From NCBI GenBank assembly GCA_037379345.1, contig CM074525.1, positions 16,545,275 through 16,609,274 on the forward strand: a stretch of DNA of 64,000 nt. Direction: 5' to 3'. Numbering within the stretch: the stretch's first letter is position 1; the number at the start of each line of letters is the position of its first letter. The translations under genes and the position numbers were made by a program. This DNA comes from Perna viridis. Taxonomy: Eukaryota. Below are positions 23,977 through 36,104 of the stretch, one piece after another. The notes beneath the pieces were generated by a model. That model was not told the origin of the DNA and did no database searches. It saw nothing but the letters and a program-made list of their open reading frames with translations.

Positions 23977-25336
23977 CTAAAAAGAGAATACAGTTGAATA
24001 CGCATTTTACATATATACTTGTATATGAAACAAATGCAGCACTTTTCTTTTGAAAAAAAAAATCATTTCCCGTATCTGTTATATACATGTACTGAAAGTC
24101 AGTGAAAGATGCATGGTGTAAGGGTGATACACAAATGTATCAAACAACTATGAAATTATTCTCGCATGCGCAACGATACCAATAATAGATAGTTTGTCAG
24201 TTCATTACTCTACACATCGTTTTCGCACTCTTTTTATAGACATTCGAGAGTGATTTTGATCCCTTCGTGATCAAAGAAATAGTTTTGAAATGATATTTGA
24301 GGTTCGTTATTATAAAACCAACAACCGAGTCGATGTACAAAATATAATAGGGTCAGAATTGATTAAAGCAAGGAAAAGATCGTGTAGCATATTTCCACAT
24401 ACAATTTTTTACAAATATTGTAGCTGAAGAAGACGTGATAAGGCTGAAGCAGTGTTTTCTGTTTTCTGTTCGATATCTATAAATATCTCATTACCAGTTG
24501 TTTGACCTGGTTCCTAATATGGTTTTCTAGTCAATATCATACGCAACCTAAAAATCGCGAAATGTACCTCTAAAAACAAATATTATACACATGGCTGTGT
24601 ATATTTTGTTGTTGTATGAGAACAGGAAGTTCACATCAAAAGATGAAATGATCGGTTAGCATTGAATTTATGTAATATTGCCAAGTATACGATTCAAACA
24701 CATTTGCTCGTTTACAATTGACTTTATAGGTCGCATACATTATCTATACATGCCATTTGTTTAATCTGGTTCCTGGTAACCAGTTGTTTTGATTGAAAAC
24801 ATTGGGGTCATTACGATTACGAATGAGTAATCATATTAAGGGAACCAATTTTCTAGCGGAAGTTACCGATCCATAGGCCTGCAATTTAATTATAGGTCAC
24901 TGCCCGATTTTAGAGCATACCGCATTCTTGCCATTTCGGAATCAGTGGCAGAGAATATTTGACGATTAGCGACTTTGAAGACTTCAGTCTTTTTTATTTT
25001 TATATTTGTTTTGTTAGTTCTTGTTTTTGTTTTCTAAAAAATACAGAATATATGTACATGTAATTCCAGGAATCTCAAAGTAAAATCGCCTGCATGTTTC
25101 AACATTCTCTGCACTTTCGTTAACCTAATATACAAGTAGTGATGCAATGTCATGTACTGTAAAAAGACAGCTGAACATATTTTAACCACAGATTGAAAGA
25201 AATGATCCATACATCCTTCTTACAGTACCATTTTCTCTGATAGACAGTACATTTTGTCCTAAATTTTAGAGACCTTTTTAACAATAATTGGATCGAACTA
25301 TTGTTTCTCCTGATGGAGTAGATAGGGTATACATAC

Positions 25337-25450
25337 CAATGTCACAGTGTCTGCCTGTGAATCTGTTCGGACAATGACAGGTATAATCTGTTAAACCATC
25401 CATACAGGTGCCGCCATTGTGGCATTCAACACCAACACAATAATCTATAT
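25337..25450 (-). CDS. VWA/EGF gene C, exon 4: calcium-binding-type EGF domain
   Basis: 114 nt, phase 1-1; DIDYCVGVECHNGGTCMDGLTDYTCHCPNRFTGRHCDI, six Cys. Confidence 0.88.
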
Positions 25451-25689
25451 CTGTAATAGATAGAAAATACTACTTCACCACATTCATTGGGTAGATGTTA
25501 AAATGAGTTACATGTAATTTAAAGATATAAATACAGTAAATAGAATAACGAAATGAAACAGGTGTACGCTATCACACAATTGTTCCTACATATGCATGGT
25601 ATAAACGATTTGGGCAATCTACATAACGCCACAACAAATTTTCTTTTGTCTTCCTTCCCAATATTTTGACTTTTACTTCTCTTTCAACA

Positions 25690-25930
25690 AAATCGACAAA
25701 CAGAGAAAGCATAAGATAACACTCTTCGACAAATGCAAGACTTTTCCTTTCGAATTGTTAATTTTCCATGTATCTGCTGTAACGTTTAATCTCCCGTGTT
25801 AGATGTTTTCACCTCTGTAACCTTGTTTTGTGCCTATCTTTCCGAAAGGCATTTTGAACAGGGTTATGTCACTTCAACATTTATACGGTCATTACTGGAA
25901 AAATTATACAGTCGACATTATAATCCTAAT
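25690..25930 (+). mobile_element. Old Penelope-like RT relic, third divergent copy
   Basis: DFSFRIVNFPCICCN and LSERHFEQGYVTSTFIRSLLEKLYSRH align with the RT C-terminus of 26853-27642. Confidence 0.6.
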
Positions 25931-26566
25931 CCACCAATAAATAAGGACATATATAGTATCATGTTCATACGTCATTATTTTCTTCTTTATAAATACACCG
26001 AACAAGACATGGTCAACTTTAAGCGTGATAATAGAGAGGCAGAGACTTCTTACATGTACCTTGCAAAAACATATGGCCAGTACGCGTGCTCAGGAGCTTG
26101 CTCCCAATGTCCAATATGTTGCTTGACTAGTATATAAACACGAAAATGTGGTTCTCGTAGAATTAGGAAGGGTGTCTCGCTTTAACCACTTGTTTTGGTA
26201 AAAAAAAAAAAAATATTTAATGCTCTGAAAACACTGAACAAAAGACGAATTTAATAAATAAGCATTGCTTTCACCATCAAACACTATTAGTGAAATGAAA
26301 AAAATGATTAATGCATTCAATCTCAATACTTCTAGAAGTGGTAAGACCAAAAACTACAACAACCCAGACATCGCTAGACAAACTGAGTTTGCTCGGGCGG
26401 TGTGCTATGATACTAAAAATTCAAATATTTCCGGAACTTTCAAGTTTCATACTCGATCAAACAACAAGCCTTTACCATTAAATTAAGACAAATATTTTCG
26501 ATCTTTTCGAACAAACTACATGTATGAATGAATACCAATACAAAAAACAAAATTTCGGATACGAAC

Positions 26567-26692
26567 CTATTTCACAGTTTAGTCCAGTATATCCTTCGTC
26601 GCAAATACAGATATAGTTTGTACCAATAGTTTGAACACAATCGCCATGAATGCATGGTCGAGGAGTTCTTTCACATGGATTTTTGAGAATTT
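26567..26692 (-). CDS. VWA/EGF gene C, exon 3: EGF domain
   Basis: 126 nt, phase 1-1; NPCERTPRPCIHGDCVQTIGTNYICICDEGYTGLNCEI. Paralog at 16821-16949. Confidence 0.88.
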
Positions 26693-26852
26693 CTGAAATA
26701 AAGATTTAAACCATTATCTAGATAACACTATGTGGATTATAAAGAAATATATTTATCTCACTGCATATAGTTAAAGAATGAACTGTTCAACTGTCGCGAT
26801 TACATTTGTACAAGTTTCTATATAAAATGTTTTTATATAGTATGTTCAATAC

Positions 26853-27917
26853 TTTGCAAAAAAGATGGTACACCTAGATACAAATATATAGTTCTTGGTA
26901 GAGATTCCTCATAATTTGTAAGAAAGAATTCCAAATCATCTTCCAAATATACAGAGGAAGATGTTTAGAAAATGCTGGAATTTTTAATCGACAACATATT
27001 TGTCCAGTGTGGTGGACGTGTTTTTCAACAAAGGTCGGCATTCCAATGGGAACAAATTGTGCTCCTTTACATGCTGACCTATTCTTTCACTCTTATGAGG
27101 CTGACTTTATAGCTGATCTGATCAGAAAGAAAGAATATCGTTTGGCTAGATCCTTCAATCTCAGTTTCCGCTATATAGATGACGTATTATCTTTAAACAA
27201 TCCTAATTTCGGGGATATGATACATCGCATCTACCCAAAAGAACTTGAGATAAAGGATATTACAGACACTGTGAAGTCAGCCTCATATCTTGACACTTAG
27301 GAATCGATGGTAAAAGAAAACTATTGACCGAACTTTACGACAAACGTGATGACTTTTCATTCAGAATTGTCAACTTTCCTTTCATCTGAGGCAACATCCC
27401 TTCGGCACCTGCGTATGGAGTGTTAATATCACAACTCATACGTTATGCCAGAGCTTGCCTAAACTACGCAGACTTTTTTGTATCGCGCTAGAACTCTAAC
27501 AAATAGGCTTCTGGAACAGGGTTATGTTGCTACAAGATTGAAGTCATCATTACAGAAGTTTTATGGTCGTCATCATGAACTCGTGGATCGTTATGGTGTA
27601 TCCATCTGCACCATGAAAACTGATTTATTCAACGGGTCATAGTTTTCCTTTCCTCTTTTGTCTACCCCGGACTTGACTTTTATGAGCAACTCCTCGGGTG
27701 TTTCTAGAAAAGCAGAGGACGCTTACACTATCGGTGCACCTGGTCCATGCTCCCAGTTTTCAGTGGAGTCCGAGTTGCTCATTTGCTTTTGTTACTTTGT
27801 ATGTATGATTTTAGTTACTTTATGTTCTTTGTTGTGTATGTCTGTTTTCCATGTCTTGTCTTTGTCCCTGGATTACATTCGTTTGATTACCGCTATAACC
27901 TTGGTTCCCTTGATTAC
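26853..27917 (+). mobile_element. 5'-truncated Penelope-like (Naiad-type) retroelement with 3' tail
   Basis: GIPMGTNCAP and FRYIDD RT motifs; ORF remnant ends TAG at 27640-27642 with no GIY-YIG following; several frameshifts and stops; about 275-nt tail. Confidence 0.88.
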
Positions 27918-28314
27918 GTTTTGCAGACATTGTGCAAATTGTCCATTATTCATTTTATCTGGTATGTTTTTGTATGTTACATATTAATTCCAAACAGTCG
28001 GTATGAACACGCAAGTCACCAGATCGCAATTCTGTTTAACGATTGGCCAAATACTGACAACTTGGTGGCGTTCGAAAAAAACTGTAACGAAAATTGAAAT
28101 TGCTAATCATGTGTTATTTCTGTTATTTCTTGAATGAAATATAGAAAATTAGAAGTAAAAGGAACAAAATTGTATTGCATCGGCTATCTTTTTTAAAGAT
28201 AGTACTTGTTTATTTTTTTCAGATTCGACCTGTTCTCTACGCGTTTTGAACTTGGTGGGTACCGGGAGTTCCACGGATTAGAACACCCTTTTTGATAATT
28301 GTTAATTTCGTTTG

Positions 28315-30642
28315 GTAGATTGATTAATTGATAAATTGGTGTTTAACGCCCAAGAAACAATGTTTCAGCTATATCCTGGCAATGAACATGAAATGATGAT
28401 GATGAAATAAACATAAAAACATAAAAATTGGGATGGGACACAAGGTTAATAAGGTCAACTAGTTCCGATTGCCACAGAAAAAATGAGAGAGATGGATATG
28501 GTCGGGCAATTTAGTCTCCTGCATGGAAGACAATGCTCCTTCTCCTTTCAAATACCACAACAAGGTTTTTAAGGTGCGAGAAACATGATATTTTCCCAAC
28601 ATGATGCACCACTATAGTTTGCGGTCAAGTTTTCCGTATTATTGGCAGCCAACACCAGCATGTACAGTTGCGATCACTTCTAACCTCTCTTCGATCTGTC
28701 AGGATTTGCTGTCATAGAACAGTTCTAAACTGTCAGAAACTGTTCTGACCCGCGACACACCTTGTCAGGGTCTGTCAGGACTTCGGACAAGCTCTGTCAT
28801 AATTTGTCATGGGTCCTGACACCCTCCTGTCAGGAACTGTTCTAGGTAGAACAGGTACGTGGATTAGAAGAGTTCCTGACAGATTATGACAGTCATTAGC
28901 TCGAGAATACTTCTCTGACTGAATTGCATACAGTACATGTACGTGATTTCGAAAAAAAGCGTAGCACCCGCATTCCGATTCGTACGACGGGAAAGAAGCC
29001 TTGCTATGTTTAAACTTGATGGGTTTTTTTTCAATTTTTACCCTACTTTTATGCATGGCATGCAGTACCAACAGAAATTGTTCCCTGCCGTACTTGATAC
29101 GCCCATGACTTTAAAGAATTGGACTGCATTCCTTTTGGTTGCAGATCTAGACACCGGTATGATACAGATTACCAATATATATTGACATTTTTAAACAGTT
29201 TATACAGAAATTTTAGACCTTTATGGAATTTTAAAGAGTTCACACTCATACAATTTGAACGAATAGGACATTTTGAAGAATTTTGACCGAAATATATTAG
29301 TCGAAGTCACCCACGTGGTAATTAGACTCAAACTAATGTGTCGCAGCCACCACATTATATCAATATTGAAAAATTTACCAATTTAGTCATTAATTTTAGG
29401 CCCTCATCGAAATAAAAAGTGCTGGCACTCATACATTTTGCAAGAATATGACATTTTTGTAGAGTTTTGACAAAAAATATATGAGTCAATGTCACCCACA
29501 TGATAGTTGTATTGAAAAAAATAAGCATTTTAGTCAATAATTTTAGACCCTCATGAAAAATAAAACTGCCTGCACTCATACATTTTGACTGAAATAATGG
29601 TGTCGCAGTCACTAATATGAAACTAACATTTTTAGTTACTACATTTTCTACATATAAGACTGTTATCACTCATATTCGTTGCTAAAAGTGGCATTTTGAA
29701 GAATTTTGATCGAAATATTTAGGTATCAGTTACCCATCTCATGCAAAATTGTCAATTTAACATTTTTAGAATGATTTGTGACCCTTATGTTATTAAAAGT
29801 AGCTTTCACTCAAAAAAGTACTTCGTCAATCTTGAACATCGTGAGAATTACCGTACGTCTGAAAGTTATCTGTTACGGCTTTTACACTTAGAACAGAAAC
29901 ATAGATCTTTAATTTTATAATTAAATAATTTGATTTAATTAATATCACAGGTGTATGACAAAATGTAAAAAAAAATATACATGTAAATAGTGATAATTTT
30001 TGAACGATGAGTGACTGGACCGTGATCGACGAAAATTGGAACTTGAACAACGATCGAGTGATTATGAGATGATGATCACGACGAGCTCTCTATATATAAT
30101 TGAAAATTTAATGTAAATTTTGAAATCAAAATTTGTTCCCTAACTAATCGGGTTAGCTAATTTACATTAGTCACACAGTTTCATTTATTAATCGCGCACT
30201 TCCTGTTCTAAATTACGTCACACAAAATAGAAAGATTTAGTGTCAGGAACTGTCCAGGGGTATGACAGTATAGAACAGCTTTTTGTATTTTCTTTGTCAC
30301 GACCCAGGACAGTTTCTGTCAGGATTTGTCAGAGAATATGCAAAATGTGTCCTGACCCAGGACAGCTTCTGTCAGACACTGTCAGGATCTGCCGGGATTT
30401 CTGTTCTATCTGCTGTCGTAGAACAGATATCCTGACAGATTCTGACAGAATTTAAGAGAGGTTAAAAGTGATTGCAACTGATGTATACCTTATTCAAACA
30501 CCTAGGGCACACAATGCAGTTGCTCTGTAAGCAGACCACCTTAGCCCCCGGCCAGGGTTCTAAACGATATTTGATCGCCTTTTACGAGAAGCTTAGCGCT
30601 GTTGCAGGCCTATTCTTTTGACACTCAGACCTGCACGGAGCT
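28315..30642 (-). mobile_element. SINE-like/RTE-derived element split by the 28665-30480 DNA transposon
   Basis: Minus-strand 3' tail GATATAGCTGAAACATTG..GGCGTTAAAC plus (CAAT)-like repeats (similar tail at about 42835-42890). The rejoined flanks match 13868-14055. Confidence 0.55.
28665..30480. mobile_element. 1.8-kb non-autonomous DNA transposon, CAG termini, 5-bp TSD (hAT5-like)
   Basis: TIRs CAGTTGCrATCACTTyTAACCTCTCTT; ATGTA at 28660-28664 and 30481-30485; dense subterminal TGTCAG/CTGACA motifs; no transposase ORF. Confidence 0.85.
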
Positions 30643-30729
30643 CGTTTGGTAGAGATGAGCAAATAATAACTTGGCACCACTTTTTTTCCAAATCACTGAA
30701 TCCGCTTATGAACAATATGGTATACTTAC

Positions 30730-31284
30730 CATTACAAGTTTTCGTAGCCAGCGCATCGAATACACTTCCTATGAGTGCACTGTAATTTGATACCATGTAC
30801 ACATAACTATTGTTAGTAGCTATCTGGTGCAGCTGAATGCTATTGACTCCACTACCAACGCCAACGGCGTAGACAATAACACCCTGTTGACGTAGTAAAT
30901 CTCCACCATTTTGCACTTGAGACTGCCCATCAGTAAAGAAAAAAAGAATCTTCAATGTTGCATCACGAGCTCCGTTACTCTTTTGAAACATACTGTTCCT
31001 GGCAAAGCCTAATGCCATTTCAAAGTTTTCACCACCTCCATTAAAACTTATGTTCTTCACCTCATTCTTTACTGAGGACTTGTCCTTGCAACATGAAAAA
31101 TGAAATCCATGAACATCGGTGTGATCGAAGGCAAACGCACTTATCTTAACCCCATTGTCCCCTATTTCAAACAAGTCAACAAACTTTGTAACGAACTGTA
31201 AGTTTTTCTGAAAGTTATGATGACCAACGCTTCCTGACTCGTCGATTAAGAAACCGATATCGGCTGGCTGTAGCTTGCCACAAC
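30730..31284 (-). CDS. VWA/EGF gene C, exon 2: first VWA domain
   Basis: 555 nt open, phase 1-1, TATAG/GTAAGT; DIGFLIDESGS...FFTDG MIDAS. Confidence 0.9.
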
Positions 31285-31348
31285 CTATAATTACAGATAC
31301 ACGAATCAAATGGTCTAATTTTTATACTAGGAGTACAAAATACATGTA

Positions 31349-31528
31349 CAGTAAAACCTGTCTAAACCTAACCATTAAAGATCAAATAAACTTTTAAACC
31401 AAGCAATTTTAAAGTCCCTTAAATGTATCTTCGTTTATAGGTATATCGAATCTTGGTAGTCCAAAAACCTGTCTAAACCGGCACAATTTTAAAGTCCAAC
31501 AGTAGTTAAGTTTGATATTGTTTCACTG
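31349..31528. mobile_element. Small TA-type MITE in gene C intron 1
   Basis: TA-CAGTAAAACCTGTCTAAAC ... GTTTGATATTGTTTCACTG imperfect TIRs; internal repeat of AACCTGTCTAAACC. Confidence 0.55.
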
Positions 31529-31841
31529 TTTGTCGTTAAAAGATAAAATTAAGTTAATCGTCAAGACCCAAAAAAAATGGGCAATTTGATTGATACGGAA
31601 TTAAGTGTGGTATTCATTTGATGTACAGTATATTTGCATACTATTTGTGTTTTCATTAGAATCGCCGTATAGGTCCATGTTTTAGTACAATTTAAAATAA
31701 AGTAATGATATTGTTTAAAATTATGCATACCATCACGTTACTTGAATTGTACTTTTTTAGTATACATAAATTTAAACGTACATGTATGTCAGAAATAGGA
31801 GGATCAAAAAGGAGTAATTTTGCTTATTAATAAGTTCATAC

Positions 31842-31905
31842 CTGATGAAAAAACAAAATCCATATAAAATATGAAGAACAGAAAACAACATCTTAAAAGA
31901 TCCAT
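31842..31905 (-). CDS. VWA/EGF gene C, exon 1: signal peptide MDLLRCCFLFFIFYMDFVFSS
   Basis: ATG at 31905, 64 nt, GTATGA donor, phase 1. The six exons sum to 2016 nt = 671 aa plus stop. Confidence 0.82.
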
Positions 31906-34900
31906 TCCGTTCATTATACAGGTATATGGAAATTTAAATAAAACTTTTGAAACACGGCTTAATCAGGAAGTGGATACTGTACAATATGCATGTACGTGTA
32001 AATTGATTATTGGTATGGATATCGTCCTATTACAATACCAAGTTACATTTACTTCCTCTTCTAATAATGTTTACTTAAACTCTAAGACGCACAATCCTAA
32101 TCTTTGGTCTTTCAATTTACGATTTATTAAACAAGAAAAACAAAGTTATGTACTTTCGGTAAACTCTTTTAAATGAATTCAAAAAACACAAATCCATACT
32201 AACTCTGCCTGTTGAAGAATAACCTCTTGAAACTCCAAGTTGGTACCCTATCCTTTTTAACTACAATGGTTATAATGAGTCGTGCGCGCGCGTGTGTGGT
32301 TTTCATACTAGTTTAGCCCTGAACAGTCTGGTTGCCGGGTGGGGTGCTAATTAGAGTGTATTTGACAAGTTAACCCTTTCCGTGTACATGTAAAAGGACG
32401 GAGGTGACCTGTTTTGTTGAATACTTCTCGTTCTTTTTTACTACTGCATAGAACTATTGTTCTATGCTTCACCATATAGAACTATAATGCACAATACTTT
32501 GCCTGCATCAGAAAACTGATACAAAAAAGCTTCATGTACATATTTTAGGATATTGTGGCGAAAAAAAAACCACTGAACTTGAACCTCCGTAAATAAATTC
32601 CCTTTTTCCATGTGCTGCATTTTCAACTTGTACAAATTTGTACCTCGCCCACATTGCCAACTTCTGATTGTTCCAATTCCTTTTATTGGTAGGCTTAAAA
32701 CATGGATAAGCCACTGTTTCATTTTTCTACACGTTCAAATACTAATAATTAAAATTTAACATAATACATATTATTTAAGACTGACATTGTAAGGTGTATT
32801 GGCCGATCCATACATCTACTGTCACAATAGTTTTCAATAATTTCCTAAGTTCGAGCAAAGATTTATTGTAATCATGTATCATTTTGCACTTAAGTAGTAG
32901 CAATCTTTAAAAAAAAATCAGGCAGGACTAATTCATGCATGTCGAAAACCGTACAAGTTCACTTAATTTCTAATTCAGAAAAGTGTACATAATTGTACAT
33001 TGCATAAACCACATAATGAGTCTATGTAATTCATTTGTTTCACGTTTGGAAAAAAATTGTGTAACATGTAATAGATTATGCACATGTACATGATATGGCA
33101 TTTTGTCGTTCTTGATACAGATCTGTATAGTGGAAGGCGTGTTGTTACGTAGATACGAAGGCAAAAAAATATCGTTTGTTTTGCGAGTTTTTTTTTTTCT
33201 TCAACGCCATGAATTACATTGTACCGGTACTATTGGTAATATCTACATGTCTGAAATATCAGCATTTTAAGCTTATAGTTGTTGACCTCGTCAACTAGAA
33301 TGCCAGTCAAAACGAATATAATAGATTTGTTCTAATAAAATAGAAACTATTAAAGCTGTATAAACACTGCATTGTCAGACTTTTAGACACAAAAACAACA
33401 TAACGAATTCGTACTTAACGCTTTATTTATAAATGATTGCAATACCTTTAAATAGGTGAAATTAAATCTACAACTACTGTATGCCCAATACACAATAATA
33501 TATCCTTAATTGAAAAACGTCAGGTAAAATTATACGAGAAATCGATATACAGTTAAACACTCCGGGTTTATGGGACAGTAAATATTTTGCTAGTTACCGT
33601 AGATAACTATTGAAAAGCTGTCAGGCCATGTTGAAAAGGGGAAGTAACTCTACTACTTTCCCGGACAGAAAATGTAACGGTCTATGATTAGTAGGATTAT
33701 CGGAGTTTAGCATATTTTGGACAGGTAATTACTTTACTTAAATCTCGGTTTAATTCTCCGCCTTAAACTTGAATTAAAAGGGTATTAAAAGAGTTTTGCA
33801 TGTCTACATGCTTTTAACTTAGTGGTGATTTGAGATTTCGATTTATTTTTAATATATTCCTGAAATTATTATGATTTCGTCACCGTTTGAAATGTACATG
33901 TATCAAATTGCTTCGTCAATGCGTTCAAGTGCAACACGTTTCTGAAATAAAAAAGGTCTATGAATTGTACAAATAATAATATGTTGATTTAAAACATGAA
34001 AACGGTGTTATGATCTCTTTTCACACGACTTTTTACATGTATTATTTACGTTTAAAAAATAATAACGCATGTAAACGGAAAAATTGAGAACTACCATATC
34101 TGCATGTTATCTTAGAAGTTATTAACCCATTCTCGAATACATACAGAAATAAAAAAGATAAAAAAATAATATTACGAAATACTTTTTAAAAGCGTTTGAG
34201 GAATTTCCTGAAGTAAATTATTAGTCTCTTCCAAATTAGCTATTCCAATTTTGAACAATTGTTTGCATTATCATTTATAGCAAAGATTACATCAATGATT
34301 TATTTTTATTAATATAGTAGGCATGATATCATTTGATATATTTTCTATAGAGAAATGATAAAAATAAGTGCAGCATTGTGCTTTAACAGTGGTAATGAAA
34401 ATGCTACTCAAAGCGGTATAATACATCACATTAAAAATTTAATGAAACTCTATATATTTTAAAGCGCAGGGCAGCTTACATAGATATCTTCTATATAAGT
34501 GTAAAATTAAAAATGATATCAAAAGAACTACACGCTGTAATGCCTGTGATGTCATAAATCATAAATTTCCCTTTCCTTTTGAAATTCAATATTGAAGGCT
34601 AAAAATAGGAAAAATCAAGTTCTGATTTAAGACTTGGCTTATTGAATTCTATGTGCACGGATTTACTCTCATTCAACCTATCAATGTGTTGAGTAAATGA
34701 TGTCAAACAAATTTATATTAGTTTATTGGTACACACGACCGGTACTGTTACACGGCTCGGAGATCGATTAGGTATTCATAGCGTTTTTTTTTACATTGCT
34801 AATGATGTAGCATCCGATTTTTTTAGTACTGCGAGTCAGACAGTTCGATACATATAACAAGGGTGGGGATCAGTATACATGCTCCTCCCTAATATTTTTT

Positions 34901-35794
34901 GCAAGTTGTGAGGCGCAGCTACATGTACTTCCGAAAATTATTGGTGCGTTTACTTGCCGTACAGGCCATGGTGCTCCTGATTATAGAATGTGTAATGTGC
35001 GGTTTTTTAAGTATTTGTTGAACTTAATATGCATATTATCCACAGCAATTTTTCCCTTCATATTCAAAATACATGTAAAAAAACATGTACGAATGCTGAA
35101 ACTCTGTGTGCCTTATTTGATAAATGGACATTTTCACTCTTCTAGGCATTTGAAATCGAAATTCTTTTTGCGTCAAGGAAGACTGACAAATTATTTTGTT
35201 GGAACAGTAAAACAATAAGAAGATAAGTCTTATGATCTCTATTCATACATGTACATGTGCATGGTTATAATTTAAAGATCGATATGCCATACTGTGCATT
35301 AACTTATATTTTAGAGAAAATCTTCGTTAAAATGTCAACATTGTTTTAACCGTAAAATTACAATACTCGACAGCATGTCCCCAACCTTTTTAATCTAATA
35401 AAATAGAGCAAGATTGTAAGATTGCAAGAAAATTGATAGCATATCAATAAAACTAAAGTCAAGTATATTGGCAGCATGCAGTGTTACACAACGTTATCAA
35501 ACAAGGAAGATATAACTCTGTAGAAAAGCTACACTTAATAGGTTTGTAGTATCAATTGATCCGCTGTAGGGTGCAGTAAAGTGTACATACTGTGTGATTT
35601 ATTACTTTATTGTAGTCGTATTGAATGTATATTGAAAGTTGCAAAAATGCATACTAATTTACAGTGAAACTCGTCTGAAGTGACCTTCCAAATAAGGACA
35701 AAACCATGATCAGATACATTTGTAACACAAGTGGTCTCTATAAACAGGTTATTTTATAAAGAATGTGCTTCATAGGGATATTAAATCATAGACA

Positions 35795-36104
35795 TTAAGA
35801 CAGGTTATTTGTTAGAACAGGTGGTCGTTACTACAGGTTATTTGTGAGAATAGGTGGTCATTAAGACAGGTTATTTGTGAGACTATGTGGTCATTAAGAC
35901 AGGTTATTTGTGAGAATAGATGGTCATTAAGACAGATTATTTGTGAGAACAGGTAGTCGTTAAGACAAGTTAAATGTAAGAACAGGTGGTCGTTAATACA
36001 GGTTATTTGTGAGAACAGATGGTGGTTAATACAGGTTATTTGTGAGAATAGGTGGTCATTAAGACAGGTTAAATGTAATAACAGGTGGTCGTTAATACAG
36101 GTTA
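35795..36104. repeat. 33-bp minisatellite, about 9 copies, following a MITE-like end at about 35662
   Basis: Unit TTAAGACAGGTTATTTGTGAGAATAGGTGGTCA, itself two related ACAGGT/ATAGGT half-units. Confidence 0.85.

Noticed and set aside
22427-24053. Plus-strand ORFs of 155 and 125 aa
   Set aside because: Antisense shadows of the VWA exons with no independent coding signal.
27680-27730. SECIS element starting at ATGA in the PLE tail
   Set aside because: No matching GA quartet or correctly spaced apical AA; the ATGA is part of a Watson-Crick stem instead.
35795-36104. CRISPR-like array
   Set aside because: No unique spacers, eukaryotic context; a simple minisatellite.
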